Assembly: GCF_021869535.1 (NCBI RefSeq)
Contig: NW_026262679.1
Span: forward strand, 41,106,001 to 41,170,000
Length of the DNA stretch: 64,000 nt
Reading direction: 5' to 3'
DNA from: Mytilus californianus
Taxonomy: Eukaryota
Under the pieces are notes generated by a model. That model was not told where the DNA came from, searched no databases, and was given only the letters and a program-made list of their open reading frames with translations. Position 1 is the first letter of the stretch, and the number at the start of each line of letters is the position of its first letter. Made by a program: the position numbers and the translations under genes. Below, piece by piece: positions 63,891 to 64,000 of the stretch.

Positions 63891-64000
63891 TGTTACGATG
63901 TTCATTTCTGTATATATTTAGTGAATTACAAGCAATCACTTATACATAAGCAATATTAAAAAAAATAGTGCAAATATTAGTAACAAAAAAGGAAACAGAG

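Overview
AT-rich eukaryotic genomic DNA with spliceosomal GT-AG introns and a dense, mixed repeat landscape. The repeat families and gene types suggest a bivalve mollusc, probably Mytilus; this is an inference from pattern recognition, not a database search. No bacterial operons, CRISPR arrays, rRNA or intact tRNA genes were seen. Host genes: (1) a minus-strand Ig-like/TM receptor (exons 14300-14358, 13350-13691, 10738-11076, 7622-7780, 7465-7520) whose Ig exon is tandemly duplicated and lacks the canonical disulfide cysteines; (2) a paralogue of it at 56168-57767 with no leader exon found; (3) a plus-strand V-set Ig/TM receptor with a tyrosine-motif tail (30373-36050); (4) a secreted single-VWC protein gene (38873-39931) and a VWC pseudogene (43291-43549). 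Mobile DNA: a full-architecture but decayed DIRS1-type retroelement (20946-26098), an AcademH-like relic (about 60400 to the window end), Penelope-like RT and LINE fragments, a Helitron, TTAA-flanked and other MITEs, Helentron-like elements and hammerhead-bearing retrozyme-like repeats. The most unusual structure is a 2.57-kb foldback element with about 1.25-kb arms and a 5-bp TSD. It carries two back-to-back minimal hammerhead ribozyme motifs, sits in the receptor intron, and was co-duplicated with the Ig exon, so that exon is now flanked by competing long inverted repeats. All alignments, folds and coordinates were worked out by eye.
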